This document shows, in pieces, positions 1-8,875 of a DNA stretch of 25,708 bases. A model generated the notes under the pieces. That model searched no databases. It saw nothing but the letters and a program-made list of their open reading frames with translations, and was not told the DNA's origin. Positions within the stretch are counted from its first letter, which is position 1. Every line of letters begins with the position of its first letter. The position numbers and the translations under genes were made by a program. The stretch covers positions 1-25,708 of the forward strand of contig JAOUEV010000049.1 of NCBI GenBank assembly GCA_029858565.1, read 5' to 3'. Source of the stretch: Nitrospirota bacterium. Lineage in GTDB: Bacteria > Nitrospirota > UBA9217.

Positions 1-1
1 G

Positions 2-622
2 GGCGACGGCAGGGGCACGGAATACCGCTCCCGGATCGCGGAGTTGGGGAAGACCGAGATCAAGGCCGAGGTCCTGTCCAGCGAACAGCGCGAGGTCCGC
101 GGGCCGCGTATCGTGCTGGGCCAGGGGATCGCCAAGTCGGACAAGATGGACTGGATCGTGCAGAAGGCAACCGAGCTCGGCGTCAGCTCCATTGTCCCGC
201 TCGTGACGGAACGGACCATCGTCAAAGTGAAGGACGAGGAGAAGCGCGTCACGCGGTGGCAGAAGATCTGCCGCGAAGCTGCCATGCAGAGCAATCGGCC
301 GGACATCCCGAAAGTGGAAGCCATCGCTTCTCTCGGTGATTTTATTCTTTCCCCGGCCACCGGCTACCGGCAGCAGGGTCCCGGATCTCTTCTCCTCCTT
401 CCCTGGGAAGAGGCTGCTGAGCCGATCAAGAACGTGCTGCGGTCGCATGCTGATTCGGAACAGGTCATCGTGCTGATCGGGCCGGAAGGCGGGTTCTCGA
501 AAAAAGAAGCAGACCTGGCGATAGCGCGGGGCTTTCACTCCGTGAGTCTTGGTACGAACATCCTCAGGACCGAGACCGCGGCGATCGCCGTGCTCGGCAT
601 GATCGGGTACGAATGCTCCTGA
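2..622 (+). CDS. rsmE: 16S rRNA m3U1498 methyltransferase RsmE (5'-truncated by window edge)
   Basis: Frame open from position 2 (GDGRGTEYR...). Motifs KSDKMDWIVQKATELGV, EAAMQS, IGPEGGFS and LGTNILRTETA are typical of RsmE SPOUT methyltransferases. Confidence 0.95.
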   Translation, partial: GDGRGTEYRSRIAELGKTEIKAEVLSSEQREVRGPRIVLGQGIAKSDKMDWIVQKATELGVSSIVPLVTERTIVKVKDEEKRVTRWQKICREAAMQSNRPDIPKVEAIASLGDFILSPATGYRQQGPGSLLLLPWEEAAEPIKNVLRSHADSEQVIVLIGPEGGFSKKEADLAIARGFHSVSLGTNILRTETAAIAVLGMIGYECS

Positions 623-673
623 TAATGTCACACCGCTGCATCCCTGTCCGGATAATCCCTTCCGGCATTTCGC

Positions 674-703
674 TTGACACCCCAATATATAGGATGTTAA
701 TAT
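674..703 (+). promoter_or_regulatory. sigma70 promoter of the rpiB-glyA-deaminase-nrdR operon
   Basis: Perfect TTGACA at 674-679; TG at 695-696 followed by TAATAT at 698-703 (extended -10, 18-bp spacer). Confidence 0.65.
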
Positions 704-725
704 CAAGTCCTTCAATCTGTGGTGC
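680..725. promoter_or_regulatory. Putative tandem NrdR boxes
   Basis: CCCCAATATATAGGAT (680-695) matches acaCwAtATaTwGtgt at 12/16, including the whole CwAtATaTwG core. A weaker copy CTTCAATCTGTGGTGC (710-725, 9/16) starts 30 bp downstream. Confidence 0.55.
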
Positions 726-749
726 ATTGCACGAAAGGGCTTGTATAGA

Positions 750-1196
750 ATGAAACTGGCCATTGGCGCTGATCACGGCGGTTTTGACCTGAAGAGCGAG
801 ATCGTCGGATTGCTCAAGAAGATCGGGAACATCGAGGTGATCGATTTCGGCACCAGCGGCCCTGATTCAGTGGATTACCCTGATTACGGCAAGAAGGTCT
901 CCGAGGCGGTGTCGAACGGCCAGGCTGACCGGGGCATCCTGATCTGCGGCACCGGCATCGGCATGTCCATCGTGGCGAACCGCTATCCCAGGATCCGCGC
1001 GGCGCTCTGCCACGACCACTTCACCGCCAAGATGAGCAGACAGCACAATGACGCGAATGTCCTCGTCATGGGCGAGCGGGTCATCGGCAGGGGCGTCGCC
1101 TGCGAGATCGTCCAGACCTGGCTCGACACGGCGTTCGAAGGCGGCAGGCACCAGCTGCGGCTGGAGAAGATCGGTAAAATCGGGAGTAAGGGCTAA
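750..1196 (+). CDS. rpiB: Ribose 5-phosphate isomerase B
   Basis: MKLAIGADHGG, SVDYPDY, GILICGTGIGMSIVANR, HNDANVL, FEGGRH motifs. ATG 750 preferred over TTG 741. Confidence 0.96.
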   Translation: MKLAIGADHGGFDLKSEIVGLLKKIGNIEVIDFGTSGPDSVDYPDYGKKVSEAVSNGQADRGILICGTGIGMSIVANRYPRIRAALCHDHFTAKMSRQHNDANVLVMGERVIGRGVACEIVQTWLDTAFEGGRHQLRLEKIGKIGSKG

Positions 1197-1264
1197 GAAG
1201 ATAAACAAGGGGTAAAGGGCTAAAGATCGAATCCTACCCCTCTAGCCCTTAGACCTCTAGCCCT
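1188..1264. repeat. Imperfect palindrome of 8-bp units (AAGGGCTA / CTAGCCCT)
   Basis: Purine-rich left units AAGGGCTA (1188), AAGGGGTA (1207), AAGGGCTA (1215); complementary right units CTACCCCT, CTAGCCCT, TAGACCT, CTAGCCCC (1234-1264). Confidence 0.65.
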
Positions 1265-1338
1265 GGACAACGGGTATCACTTAGCATCCTTTACGCACAA
1301 CATCATCGCATAACCAAACATTGCAGAAGGGTAAGATC

Positions 1339-2586
1339 ATGTCGGACATGGAACAGCTGAAAAAAGCGGACATAGACGTCTATAACGCCATCAAGGGCGA
1401 GGAGAAGCGGGAGCTCGAGAAGATCGTCCTGATCGCTTCGGAGAACTACGTGAGCCCGGCGGTGCTGGAAGCGCAGGGCTCGGTCTTCACGAACAAGTAC
1501 GCCGAGGGCTATCCCGGCCGCCGTTACTACGGCGGGTGCGAGTATGCCGACGCGGTGGAAAACCTTGCCATCGAGCGTGCGAAGAAGCTCTTCGGAGCGG
1601 AGCATGTGAATGTGCAGCCCCACTCGGGCTCGTCAGCCAACATGGCGGTCTATTTCTCGGTGCTCAAGCCCGGGGACACGATCCTCGGCATGGCCCTGCC
1701 CCACGGCGGCCACCTGACCCACGGCGCGTCGGTCAGTTTCTCGGGCCAGATCTACAAGTCCTTTTCCTACGGCGTGGACAAACAGACCGAACTGCTCAAC
1801 TACGACGAGGTGGAGCGGCTGGCACTGGAACACAAGCCGAAGATGATCGTGGCCGGCTACAGCTCCTATTCGCGCATCCTTGACTTCGCCCGGTTCCGGA
1901 AGATCGCTGACAAGGTCGGCGCCATGCTGATGGTGGACATCGCGCACATCGCGGGCCTCGTGGCCGCGGGCGTCCATCCCAGCCCGGTGCCCCACGCCGA
2001 CTTCGTGACCACGACCACGCACAAGACCCTCCGCGGCCCCCGCGGCGGCATGATCATGTGCCGGGAGCAGTACGCCAAGGCAGTGGACAAGGTGATCTTC
2101 CCGGGCATCCAGGGCGGACCGCTGGTGCATGTGATAGCTGCCAAGGCGGCTTCCTTCAAGGAAGCGCTCGAACCGTCCTTCAAGACCTACCAGGAGCAGG
2201 TGAAAAAGAACGCCGCTGCCCTGGCACAGCGGCTGACCGAGGACGGGTTCCGCATCGTCTCCGGCGGCACGGAGAACCATCTGATGCTCGTGGACCTGAC
2301 GCCCAAGAACATCACGGGCAAGGACGCAGAGACCGCGCTCGACGCGGCGGGCATCACCTGCAACAAGAACAGCATTCCCTACGACCAGAAACCGCCGGTC
2401 ACCACCAGCGGCATCCGGCTCGGCACGCCCATCGTGACCACCCGGGGCATGAAGGAAGCGGAGATGAAGGTCATCGGCGACCTGATCTGCGACGCATTGG
2501 CCAATGGCCAGGACGCGTCGAAGCTCAACGCGGTAAAAGAGAAGACGAAGCAGCTGTGCTCCAAGTTCCCGATGTTCGCGGCGTGA
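1339..2586 (+). CDS. glyA: Serine hydroxymethyltransferase
   Basis: [31 protein letters not shown] and PLP-lysine motif [23 protein letters not shown] lies 7 nt before ATG 1339. Confidence 0.98.
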   Translation: MSDMEQLKKADIDVYNAIKGEEKRELEKIVLIASENYVSPAVLEAQGSVFTNKYAEGYPGRRYYGGCEYADAVENLAIERAKKLFGAEHVNVQPHSGSSANMAVYFSVLKPGDTILGMALPHGGHLTHGASVSFSGQIYKSFSYGVDKQTELLNYDEVERLALEHKPKMIVAGYSSYSRILDFARFRKIADKVGAMLMVDIAHIAGLVAAGVHPSPVPHADFVTTTTHKTLRGPRGGMIMCREQYAKAVDKVIFPGIQGGPLVHVIAAKAASFKEALEPSFKTYQEQVKKNAAALAQRLTEDGFRIVSGGTENHLMLVDLTPKNITGKDAETALDAAGITCNKNSIPYDQKPPVTTSGIRLGTPIVTTRGMKEAEMKVIGDLICDALANGQDASKLNAVKEKTKQLCSKFPMFAA

Positions 2587-2595
2587 CACGAACAA

Positions 2596-2655
2596 TGTAG
2601 GGGCGGCCCTGCGTGGCCGCCCGCAAACGGGCAACCACACAGGGTTGCCCCTACA
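2596..2655. repeat. GTAG-type REP doublet (REPIN-like inverted pair)
   Basis: TGTAGGGGCGGCCCTGCGTGGCCGCCC (2596-2622) and an inverted copy (2629-2655; reverse complement TGTAGGGGCAACCCTGTGTGGTTGCCC). Each is GTAG plus an 8-bp hairpin. Confidence 0.8.
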
Positions 2656-2663
2656 CATTAGAT

Positions 2664-3131
2664 ATGACAACAATAAAAGACACCCGTCCCTCCTGGGACG
2701 AATACTTCATGGAGATCGCGCACCTGGTGAAGAAGCGGGCAACCTGCCTGCGGCGGCAGGTGGGCGCGGTGATCGTGAAGGACAAGAACATTCTCGCGAC
2801 CGGCTACAACGGCGCGCCGTCGGGCGTGGAGCACTGCCTGGTCACGGGGTGTCTGCGCGAGAAGATGGGCATCCCGTCGGGCGAGCGGCATGAGATCTGC
2901 CGGGGCTTGCACGCGGAGCAGAACGCCATCATTCAGGCTGCCAAGCACGGCACGAGCATCCAGGGCGCGACACTCTACTGTACGAACCAGCCCTGCGGCA
3001 TCTGCGCCAAGATGATCATCAATGCAGGCATCGTGAATCTCGTGTTCGACGACGGCTATCCCGACCAGCTCGCCGCGGAGATGATCAAGGAGTCGGGATT
3101 GAAGGTAACACAGTACGCAAAGAAGGGTTAA
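2664..3131 (+). CDS. dCMP deaminase family (ComEB-like) zinc-dependent deaminase
   Basis: [34 protein letters not shown] and PCGICAK zinc motifs. The ORF-track start at 2613 lies inside a REP, so ATG 2664 is preferred. Confidence 0.92.
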   Translation: MTTIKDTRPSWDEYFMEIAHLVKKRATCLRRQVGAVIVKDKNILATGYNGAPSGVEHCLVTGCLREKMGIPSGERHEICRGLHAEQNAIIQAAKHGTSIQGATLYCTNQPCGICAKMIINAGIVNLVFDDGYPDQLAAEMIKESGLKVTQYAKKG

Positions 3132-3230
3132 TGAGGCAACGGAAGGATTAAAAAGCAAAAGAAGGATTAAGAAAACCAGAGAAGGATTAAGAGGCCCTAC
3201 CTCTCTAATCCTGTAATCCTCTAGCCCTTT
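3122..3230. repeat. Four phased GAAGG(G/A)TTAA direct repeats plus inverted 8-bp TAATCCT units
   Basis: Copies at 3122, 3142, 3161 and 3181 (spacing 20, 19, 20), followed by CTAATCCT-GTAATCCT-CTAGCCCT just before nrdR. Confidence 0.75.
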
Positions 3231-3240
3231 ATTAGATCTT

Positions 3241-3723
3241 ATGCGCTGCCCCTACTGTTCAAGCCTCGATAACAAGGTCGTCGACTCCCGGATGGGAAAG
3301 GAAGGCGAGTCCATCCGCAGGAGGCGGGAATGCCTCAAGTGCGAAGGCCGCTTCACGACCTACGAACGGGTCGAGGAGATCCTGCCGTCGGTCATCAAGA
3401 AGGACGACCGCCGCGAGCCCTACGACCGCCAGAAGATCCTGTCGGGCCTGAAGAAGGCCTGCGAAAAACGTCCCATCAGCGTCGAGGTCCTTGAAAAGAC
3501 CATCGACAATATCGAGAAGTCCCTCCAGGAAAAAGGCTTCAAGGAGATCCCGAGCACGGCCATCGGCGAAGAGGTGATGAACCAGCTCCATGCTCTTGAC
3601 GAGGTCGCCTACGTCCGCTTTGCTTCGGTCTACCGCTCCTTCAAGGATATCAACGAGTTCATGAGCGAGCTCAAGGATATCCTGAGCGAGAAGGAAAAAC
3701 CAAGTCCGCAACCGGGCAAGTAG
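3241..3723 (+). CDS. nrdR: Transcriptional repressor NrdR
   Basis: MRCPYC zinc ribbon, [26 protein letters not shown] cone, [16 protein letters not shown]. Confidence 0.98.
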   Translation: MRCPYCSSLDNKVVDSRMGKEGESIRRRRECLKCEGRFTTYERVEEILPSVIKKDDRREPYDRQKILSGLKKACEKRPISVEVLEKTIDNIEKSLQEKGFKEIPSTAIGEEVMNQLHALDEVAYVRFASVYRSFKDINEFMSELKDILSEKEKPSPQPGK

Positions 3724-3731
3724 CCCGCTGC

Positions 3732-3813
3732 AGCGTTAAGCGATAAGCAATAGAGCAGTAAGCAATCGTATGTTTTTCAACATGCTTACTGCTTAGAACT
3801 TACTACTTACTGC
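3732..3813. repeat. Imperfect palindrome of 7-bp units (AGCAGTA / TACTGCT)
   Basis: Left AGCGTTA-AGCGATA-AGCAATA-g-AGCAGTA-AGCA; right TGCT-TACTGCT-TAGAACT-TACTACT-TACTGC. Confidence 0.7.
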
Positions 3814-3843
3814 GGTTCTCCTCCCCTTTTCCGTGATCCGAAA

Positions 3844-6015
3844 TTGAGAACCCTTGCCGACATAGCAGTTCCCGTCAATCTTCCCAAGACGTTCCACTAT
3901 TCCATTCCTCCGGAACTGGCCGGCGACCTTGTCGTGGGCTCGCGGGTCATTGTGCCGTTCGGCAGCAGGCGCGTCAGCGCAACGGTCACGGGATTTCCGG
4001 AAAAAGCCGGGACCGCGAAGCTTAAGTCCATCATCTCCATCGCCGGCCCGCCCCTGTCCCCGGACCTGATGAAGCTAGCGGCCTGGATGGCCGACTACTA
4101 CCTCCATCCCATCGGCATGGCAATCGAGACCATGGTGCCCCGGGCAGTGGAGGAGGTGCGGCCGAAGCGGGTCCGCATGCTGCGGATGCTCGACGGCGAT
4201 CATGACATGGACGCGATCCGGGGGCCGAAGCAGACGGCGCTCTTTCTGCTCATGAGCGAGCGTCTGACGGTTCCCTTTTCCGAGCTGGGGAAGTTCGCGC
4301 CATCCACGATCAAGGCGCTCTGTTCCGCGGGGATGCTGGAGATATTCGAGAAGGACGAGGAGCCTGCCGCGGAGAACCAGTCGTTCACGCCTGACGCGCA
4401 GCCCGAACTGATGCCCGAACAGGCCGCCGCGGTGTCAACGATAGGCGAAGCAGTCGCGCGCGGGGCATTCGAGACCTTTCTGCTGCACGGCGTCACCGGC
4501 AGCGGCAAGACCGAGGTCTACCTCCGCTGCATCGGAGCGCTTGCCGGCACGGGCAAAGGCGCCATCGTGCTGGTGCCCGAGATCGCGCTCACCCCGCAGC
4601 TCCTGAACAGGTTCCGAAAACGCTTCGGCTCGCGGATCGCCATGCTCCACAGCGGCATGACCGACCGCGAGCGGGCTGATGAATACCGCCGCATCAGGGA
4701 AGGGTCCGTGGATGTGGCGATAGGCGCACGGTCCGCGGTGTTCGCGCCGTTCCCGGACCTGGGGCTCCTGGTGGTCGACGAGGAGCACGAGAACTCCTAC
4801 AAGCAGGACGAGGGGCTCCGGTACCACGGACGGGATGTTGCCGTGATGCGGGCCAAGCTCCGGAATGCCGTGTGCGTGCTCGGCTCCGCGACCCCGTCGC
4901 TCGAAAGTTCCTATAACGCCCGGTCCGGCAAGTACCGCTATCTGCGCATCGAGAAGCGCGTTGACCACCGCCCCATGCCGACTGTCGAGATCCTGGACAT
5001 GAAGACATCGCCAAAAGCATCCCTGTTCTCGCCCAAGCTCGCGGCGGAAGTGCAGGCCCGGCTTGACCGCAAGGAACAGGCGCTGCTGCTCCTGAACCGG
5101 CGGGGGTTCTCGTCGGTCCTGATCTGCGGGGACTGCGGCAGATCGCTGCCCTGTCCGTCCTGCAGCGTGTCGCTGACGTTCCACAAGAACGTGCGCAAGC
5201 TCAAGTGCCATTACTGCGACCATCAGGCCGAGCCGCCGGAGACCTGTCCGAACTGCGGCGGCGCGGACCTGAAGCCGCTCGGCGCGGGCACGCAGAAGAT
5301 CGAAGAAGAGGTCGCGAAGGCCTTTTCATCGAGCCGCATCGAGCGCATGGACAGCGACAGCATTCGCGGCAGGCATGCCTACGATGAACTGCTCGGCAGG
5401 GTGGACCGGTGCGAGGTGGATATCCTGCTCGGCACGCAGATGATCGCCAAGGGACATGACTTTCCGGCTGTCACGCTCGTGGGCGTGGTGGACGCGGACG
5501 TGGGTTTGAACCTGCCCGACTTCCGCTCATCGGAAAAGACCTTTCAGCTCATCACCCAGGCAGCAGGCAGGGCAGGGCGGGGCGATACAGCAGGCGAGGT
5601 GATCATCCAGACCCTGAACCCGAACCACTATGCCCTGCGCCACAGCAGGACCCATGATTACGACGGGTTCTATGACGAGGAGATCAGGTTCCGCGAGGAG
5701 CTGGGGTATCCGCCCTTCGGCAGGATGATCAAGATCGAGGTGAAGGCTGCGCGGGAAAATCTTGCCCTGGATGCCGCCATGACCGGCCGGGACCGCATCC
5801 GGCGGCTGCTGAAAGGCAAAGAGACAATCCTGCTCGGCCCTGCTCCGTCGCCGATCGCCAAGGTCCGCGGCAAGTTCCGTTTCCAGATGCTGCTGCTGTC
5901 AAAACGGCGGGACCTGATCCACAGCCTGGCGATCGAAGCGCGCAAAACAGTGGAGGAGAAGTTCGGCAAGAAGGTACAGGTGCTCGTGGATGTGGACCCG
6001 GTGAATTTGATGTGA
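3844..6015 (+). CDS. priA: Primosomal protein N' (replication restart helicase)
   Basis: LLHGVTGSGKTEVY, LVPEIALTPQ, DEEHE, GSATPSLES, four CxxC pairs, GTQMIAKGHDFP, QAAGRAGR and terminal DVDP. The TTG start is uncertain. Confidence 0.97.
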   Translation: MRTLADIAVPVNLPKTFHYSIPPELAGDLVVGSRVIVPFGSRRVSATVTGFPEKAGTAKLKSIISIAGPPLSPDLMKLAAWMADYYLHPIGMAIETMVPRAVEEVRPKRVRMLRMLDGDHDMDAIRGPKQTALFLLMSERLTVPFSELGKFAPSTIKALCSAGMLEIFEKDEEPAAENQSFTPDAQPELMPEQAAAVSTIGEAVARGAFETFLLHGVTGSGKTEVYLRCIGALAGTGKGAIVLVPEIALTPQLLNRFRKRFGSRIAMLHSGMTDRERADEYRRIREGSVDVAIGARSAVFAPFPDLGLLVVDEEHENSYKQDEGLRYHGRDVAVMRAKLRNAVCVLGSATPSLESSYNARSGKYRYLRIEKRVDHRPMPTVEILDMKTSPKASLFSPKLAAEVQARLDRKEQALLLLNRRGFSSVLICGDCGRSLPCPSCSVSLTFHKNVRKLKCHYCDHQAEPPETCPNCGGADLKPLGAGTQKIEEEVAKAFSSSRIERMDSDSIRGRHAYDELLGRVDRCEVDILLGTQMIAKGHDFPAVTLVGVVDADVGLNLPDFRSSEKTFQLITQAAGRAGRGDTAGEVIIQTLNPNHYALRHSRTHDYDGFYDEEIRFREELGYPPFGRMIKIEVKAARENLALDAAMTGRDRIRRLLKGKETILLGPAPSPIAKVRGKFRFQMLLLSKRRDLIHSLAIEARKTVEEKFGKKVQVLVDVDPVNLM

Positions 6016-6163
6016 TCAGATCGTCCTCTGCGATATATCTGCGTGATCCCCGACGATCGTTTCCGCCAAGACCTCCAGTCTTGAGCCGTAGCCGCCCGGA
6101 ATAGATTATACTGGCCGTACGTGAGTATGAGAGAGCGATATAACGCCGTAATACGGAGATCCG

Positions 6164-8467
6164 ATGAACAGTAGGCTGTTACAAAACATGAGCCGGCCGT
6201 TTACACGCTTGCTGATCCTGGTGTTCGTGGCGTGGACCGCGGTGTGCGTCGGTTCGCTCTTCTACCATCTCAGCGATGACGAGCGGCATATCTACCAGCT
6301 CGCCAACAGTGTCGCATCGGAGCGCATCGCCACGGACCAGCTCTATCGTTTCTGGGCAGCAGGTCACGGCGGCGTCTATGTGCCGGTGACCGAAACGACC
6401 CCGCCGAATCCTTTTCTGAAGAACGTTAAGGAACGCGATATTATTGCACCTTCCGGCCGCCGACTGACGCTCGTCAATCCCGCGTACATGACCCGCCAGG
6501 TCCATGAACTCGGCAGAACCCGGGGGGTGATCAAAGGGCATATTTTCAGCGATCGTCCGATCCGGCCTGAGAACGCGCCGGACGAGTGGGAAAAAGAGGG
6601 CCTCGCTGTTCTCGCGGACGGAAAACAAAGTGAGTTTGGTCAGGTCGTGATGCTGGACGGGGAGTTGCATTACCGTCTCATCAAGCCCCTGTATATCGAG
6701 CAGCCCTGCCTCTCCTGCCATGCCGCCCAGGGGTACAAACTTGGGGATCTTCGCGGCGGCCTCAGCGCCGCCATCCCACTCGCGAGTTTTCGCTCCATGG
6801 AGCGTCAGCATCTCCTGAACGGGTACAAGCATTTCGGCACGGTATGGCTGTTCGGCTGCATCGGCCTGGCCGTTGCCGCGCCCTATGTCAAACGACGCAT
6901 CCGGGAGCGGGAGGATGCGACGCGGAAGATGGAGGAAAGCGAGATGCGCTTTCGCGCGATCTTCGAGGGAGCGCCGGACGCGATCCTGCTTGCGGATCCG
7001 GAGACGGGGACCCTTGTTGACGCGAACCATGCCGCCGAAAGCCTGCTGCAACGGACACGCTCCGAGTTGATCGGGCTGCATCAGTCGCAGCTGCATCCGC
7101 CGGAAGAAGAGGATAACGGCCGCGCGGTCTTCGCGCAGCATGTCAAGCAAGAGGTGTCCGCGCCAACGGAACACAACATCCTGAGGAAGGACGGAACAAA
7201 GATCCCGGTGCAGATCGGGGCAACGGTCATGACGCTCGCGGGTCGGCGCGCCATAATGGGCGTATTCCGCGATATGAGCCGGATGAAACAAGCCGAAGAG
7301 CAAAAGGAACAGCTGGAGGCGCAGTTAGTGCAGTCTCAGAAGATCGAGTCCGTGGGACAGCTCGCCGGCGGAATTGCTCACGACATCAACAATATGCTTA
7401 CGCCGATCCTCGGTTACGCCGACATGCTCAGTATAGGCCTGCCGGCAGGGGATCCGAAGCATGTCAACGTGAAGGAGATCGTCAACGCGGCCAACCGGGT
7501 AAAGGATATGAGCCACCAGCTGCTTGCGTTCGCCCGGAAGCAGACCCTGGAAATGCGTCCCGTCGATCTGAACGTCGTCATTACCGGCTTCAGCAAGATG
7601 CTGCGCAGGGCGCTTCCGGAGAGCATTACGATCAAAATGGACCTGGCACCTTCGATCGGCACGGTTTTTGCCGACGAACGCCAGTTCGAGCTGGTCATCC
7701 TGAACCTGGCGGTGAATGCGCGGGATGCGATGCCGAAGGGCGGCCTGCTGAAGATCTTGACACGGGATGCTGTCGTGGCCAGGGAAAAAACCCTGAGCCG
7801 GATGACGATCTGCCCGGGACGCTATGTCCTGATCAAAGTGGACGATATCGGCATGGGCATGGACAGCGCGACGATGAGCCGGATCTTCGAACCCTTCTTT
7901 ACCACCAAGGAGTCCGGCCAGGGGACCGGTCTGGGACTGGCAACGGTCTACGGCATTGTTAAGCAGCACAATGGGTTTATCGATGTCGCCAGCGAACCGC
8001 GCCAGGGCACGACCTTCTCGCTTTACTTTCCCATTGTCGAAGATACCATCGACCACGGAGCTGTTGCTCCCGTGCGCACGCTGCTCCGGGGATCGGAGAC
8101 CGTTCTCCTGGTCGAGGACCAGCCCGATGTTCTGCGGTCGGTGCAGCAGCTCCTCGAAACGCTCGGGTATCGCGTTCTGACCGCGGGGAACGGCAACGCC
8201 GCCCTCGATGTCCTGCAGGGGGACGGGGCTTCAATCGATATCCTGATCAGCGACGTCATCATGCCGGGCATGAACGGCAGGGAGTTGTACGAGATCCTGC
8301 GGCAGACCCATCCCGCCATAAAAGTGCTCTTTCTATCCGGTTATTCCGCTGATGTGATCAGTACTCATGGCGTGCTCGACAAGGGCATGAATGTTCTCAG
8401 GAAGCCGTTCTCCATCCAGGACCTGTCGGAAAAAGTACGGCAGGTGCTCGATGAGCGGAGATCCTGA
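6164..8467 (+). CDS. Hybrid sensor histidine kinase: periplasmic DUF3365-like c-type heme domain, PAS, HisKA, HATPase, receiver
   Basis: Two TM segments flank a domain with HGGVYVP, NPAYMTRQ, PENAPDEWE and CLSCH (CxxCH). PAS region; LAGGIAHDINN H-box; NLAVNARDAM; D-x-G-x-G, FEPFFTTK, GTGLGL; C-terminal REC (LLVED, SDVIMPGM, KPF). Confidence 0.93.
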   Translation: MNSRLLQNMSRPFTRLLILVFVAWTAVCVGSLFYHLSDDERHIYQLANSVASERIATDQLYRFWAAGHGGVYVPVTETTPPNPFLKNVKERDIIAPSGRRLTLVNPAYMTRQVHELGRTRGVIKGHIFSDRPIRPENAPDEWEKEGLAVLADGKQSEFGQVVMLDGELHYRLIKPLYIEQPCLSCHAAQGYKLGDLRGGLSAAIPLASFRSMERQHLLNGYKHFGTVWLFGCIGLAVAAPYVKRRIREREDATRKMEESEMRFRAIFEGAPDAILLADPETGTLVDANHAAESLLQRTRSELIGLHQSQLHPPEEEDNGRAVFAQHVKQEVSAPTEHNILRKDGTKIPVQIGATVMTLAGRRAIMGVFRDMSRMKQAEEQKEQLEAQLVQSQKIESVGQLAGGIAHDINNMLTPILGYADMLSIGLPAGDPKHVNVKEIVNAANRVKDMSHQLLAFARKQTLEMRPVDLNVVITGFSKMLRRALPESITIKMDLAPSIGTVFADERQFELVILNLAVNARDAMPKGGLLKILTRDAVVAREKTLSRMTICPGRYVLIKVDDIGMGMDSATMSRIFEPFFTTKESGQGTGLGLATVYGIVKQHNGFIDVASEPRQGTTFSLYFPIVEDTIDHGAVAPVRTLLRGSETVLLVEDQPDVLRSVQQLLETLGYRVLTAGNGNAALDVLQGDGASIDILISDVIMPGMNGRELYEILRQTHPAIKVLFLSGYSADVISTHGVLDKGMNVLRKPFSIQDLSEKVRQVLDERRS

Positions 8468-8486
8468 AAGGTCAGCAGGTAACGCC

Positions 8487-8544
8487 AGGACAGGTCCGGC
8501 AAAAAGGTCCCGTGCTCGTGGAAGTGGACCCGGTGATTTCGATG
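8487..8544 (+). repeat. Degenerate direct-repeat copy of the priA 3' end (5954-6012)
   Basis: Hand alignment gives 49/59 identical positions with one 1-nt gap. Confidence 0.85.
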
Positions 8545-8559
8545 GAGCGAAGAAGAATA

Positions 8560-8585
8560 TTTCACCGCAGAGCACGCAGAGAGCA
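8560..8585 (+). repeat. Half-element of 9-bp units (CACCGCAGAGCACGCAGAG)
   Basis: CGCAGAG occurs twice at 9-bp spacing; no complementary arm seen nearby. Confidence 0.4.
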
Positions 8586-8640
8586 TTAACTTTCTTTTGG
8601 ATTGAAGCCAACCCCGCTTTACCATGTTCTTAAACTGACG

Positions 8641-8666
8641 GGATTCCCGCTTTCGCGGGAATGACG
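8641..8666 (-). repeat. ATTCCC-N8-GGGAAT palindrome (dRS3-like / CGTC-type REP)
   Basis: Minus strand reads CGTCATTCCCGCGAAAGCGGGAATCC; ATTCCC at 8643-8648 and GGGAAT at 8657-8662. Confidence 0.7.
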
Positions 8667-8875
8667 CACTTCAACACGGCGGGAAGAGCAGCGCTCCTGT
8701 TCCTCATGGTCTGCGAAGCGAATCGATCCCGCAGCCAAGAACCTGCTTAATAATATCCGCTTTATTCCGACATAAGTTTCTGCTATACTCGTACCCGTCG
8801 CGTACAAAACAGCCTTTCTGATGCAACAGTATTCCTGAACCACCCATATTTATTGCGATCTCACGGAGGTGTGCA

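Noticed and set aside
1633-2673. 346-aa minus-strand ORF, and similar antisense ORFs over priA, the kinase, sulP, 9179-10147 and 17705-18829
   Set aside because: They fully overlap well-supported genes on the opposite strand and show no recognisable motifs.
3122-3190. Regularly spaced repeats as a mini CRISPR array
   Set aside because: Repeats are 10 bp with 9-10-bp spacers, far too short, and there are no cas genes.
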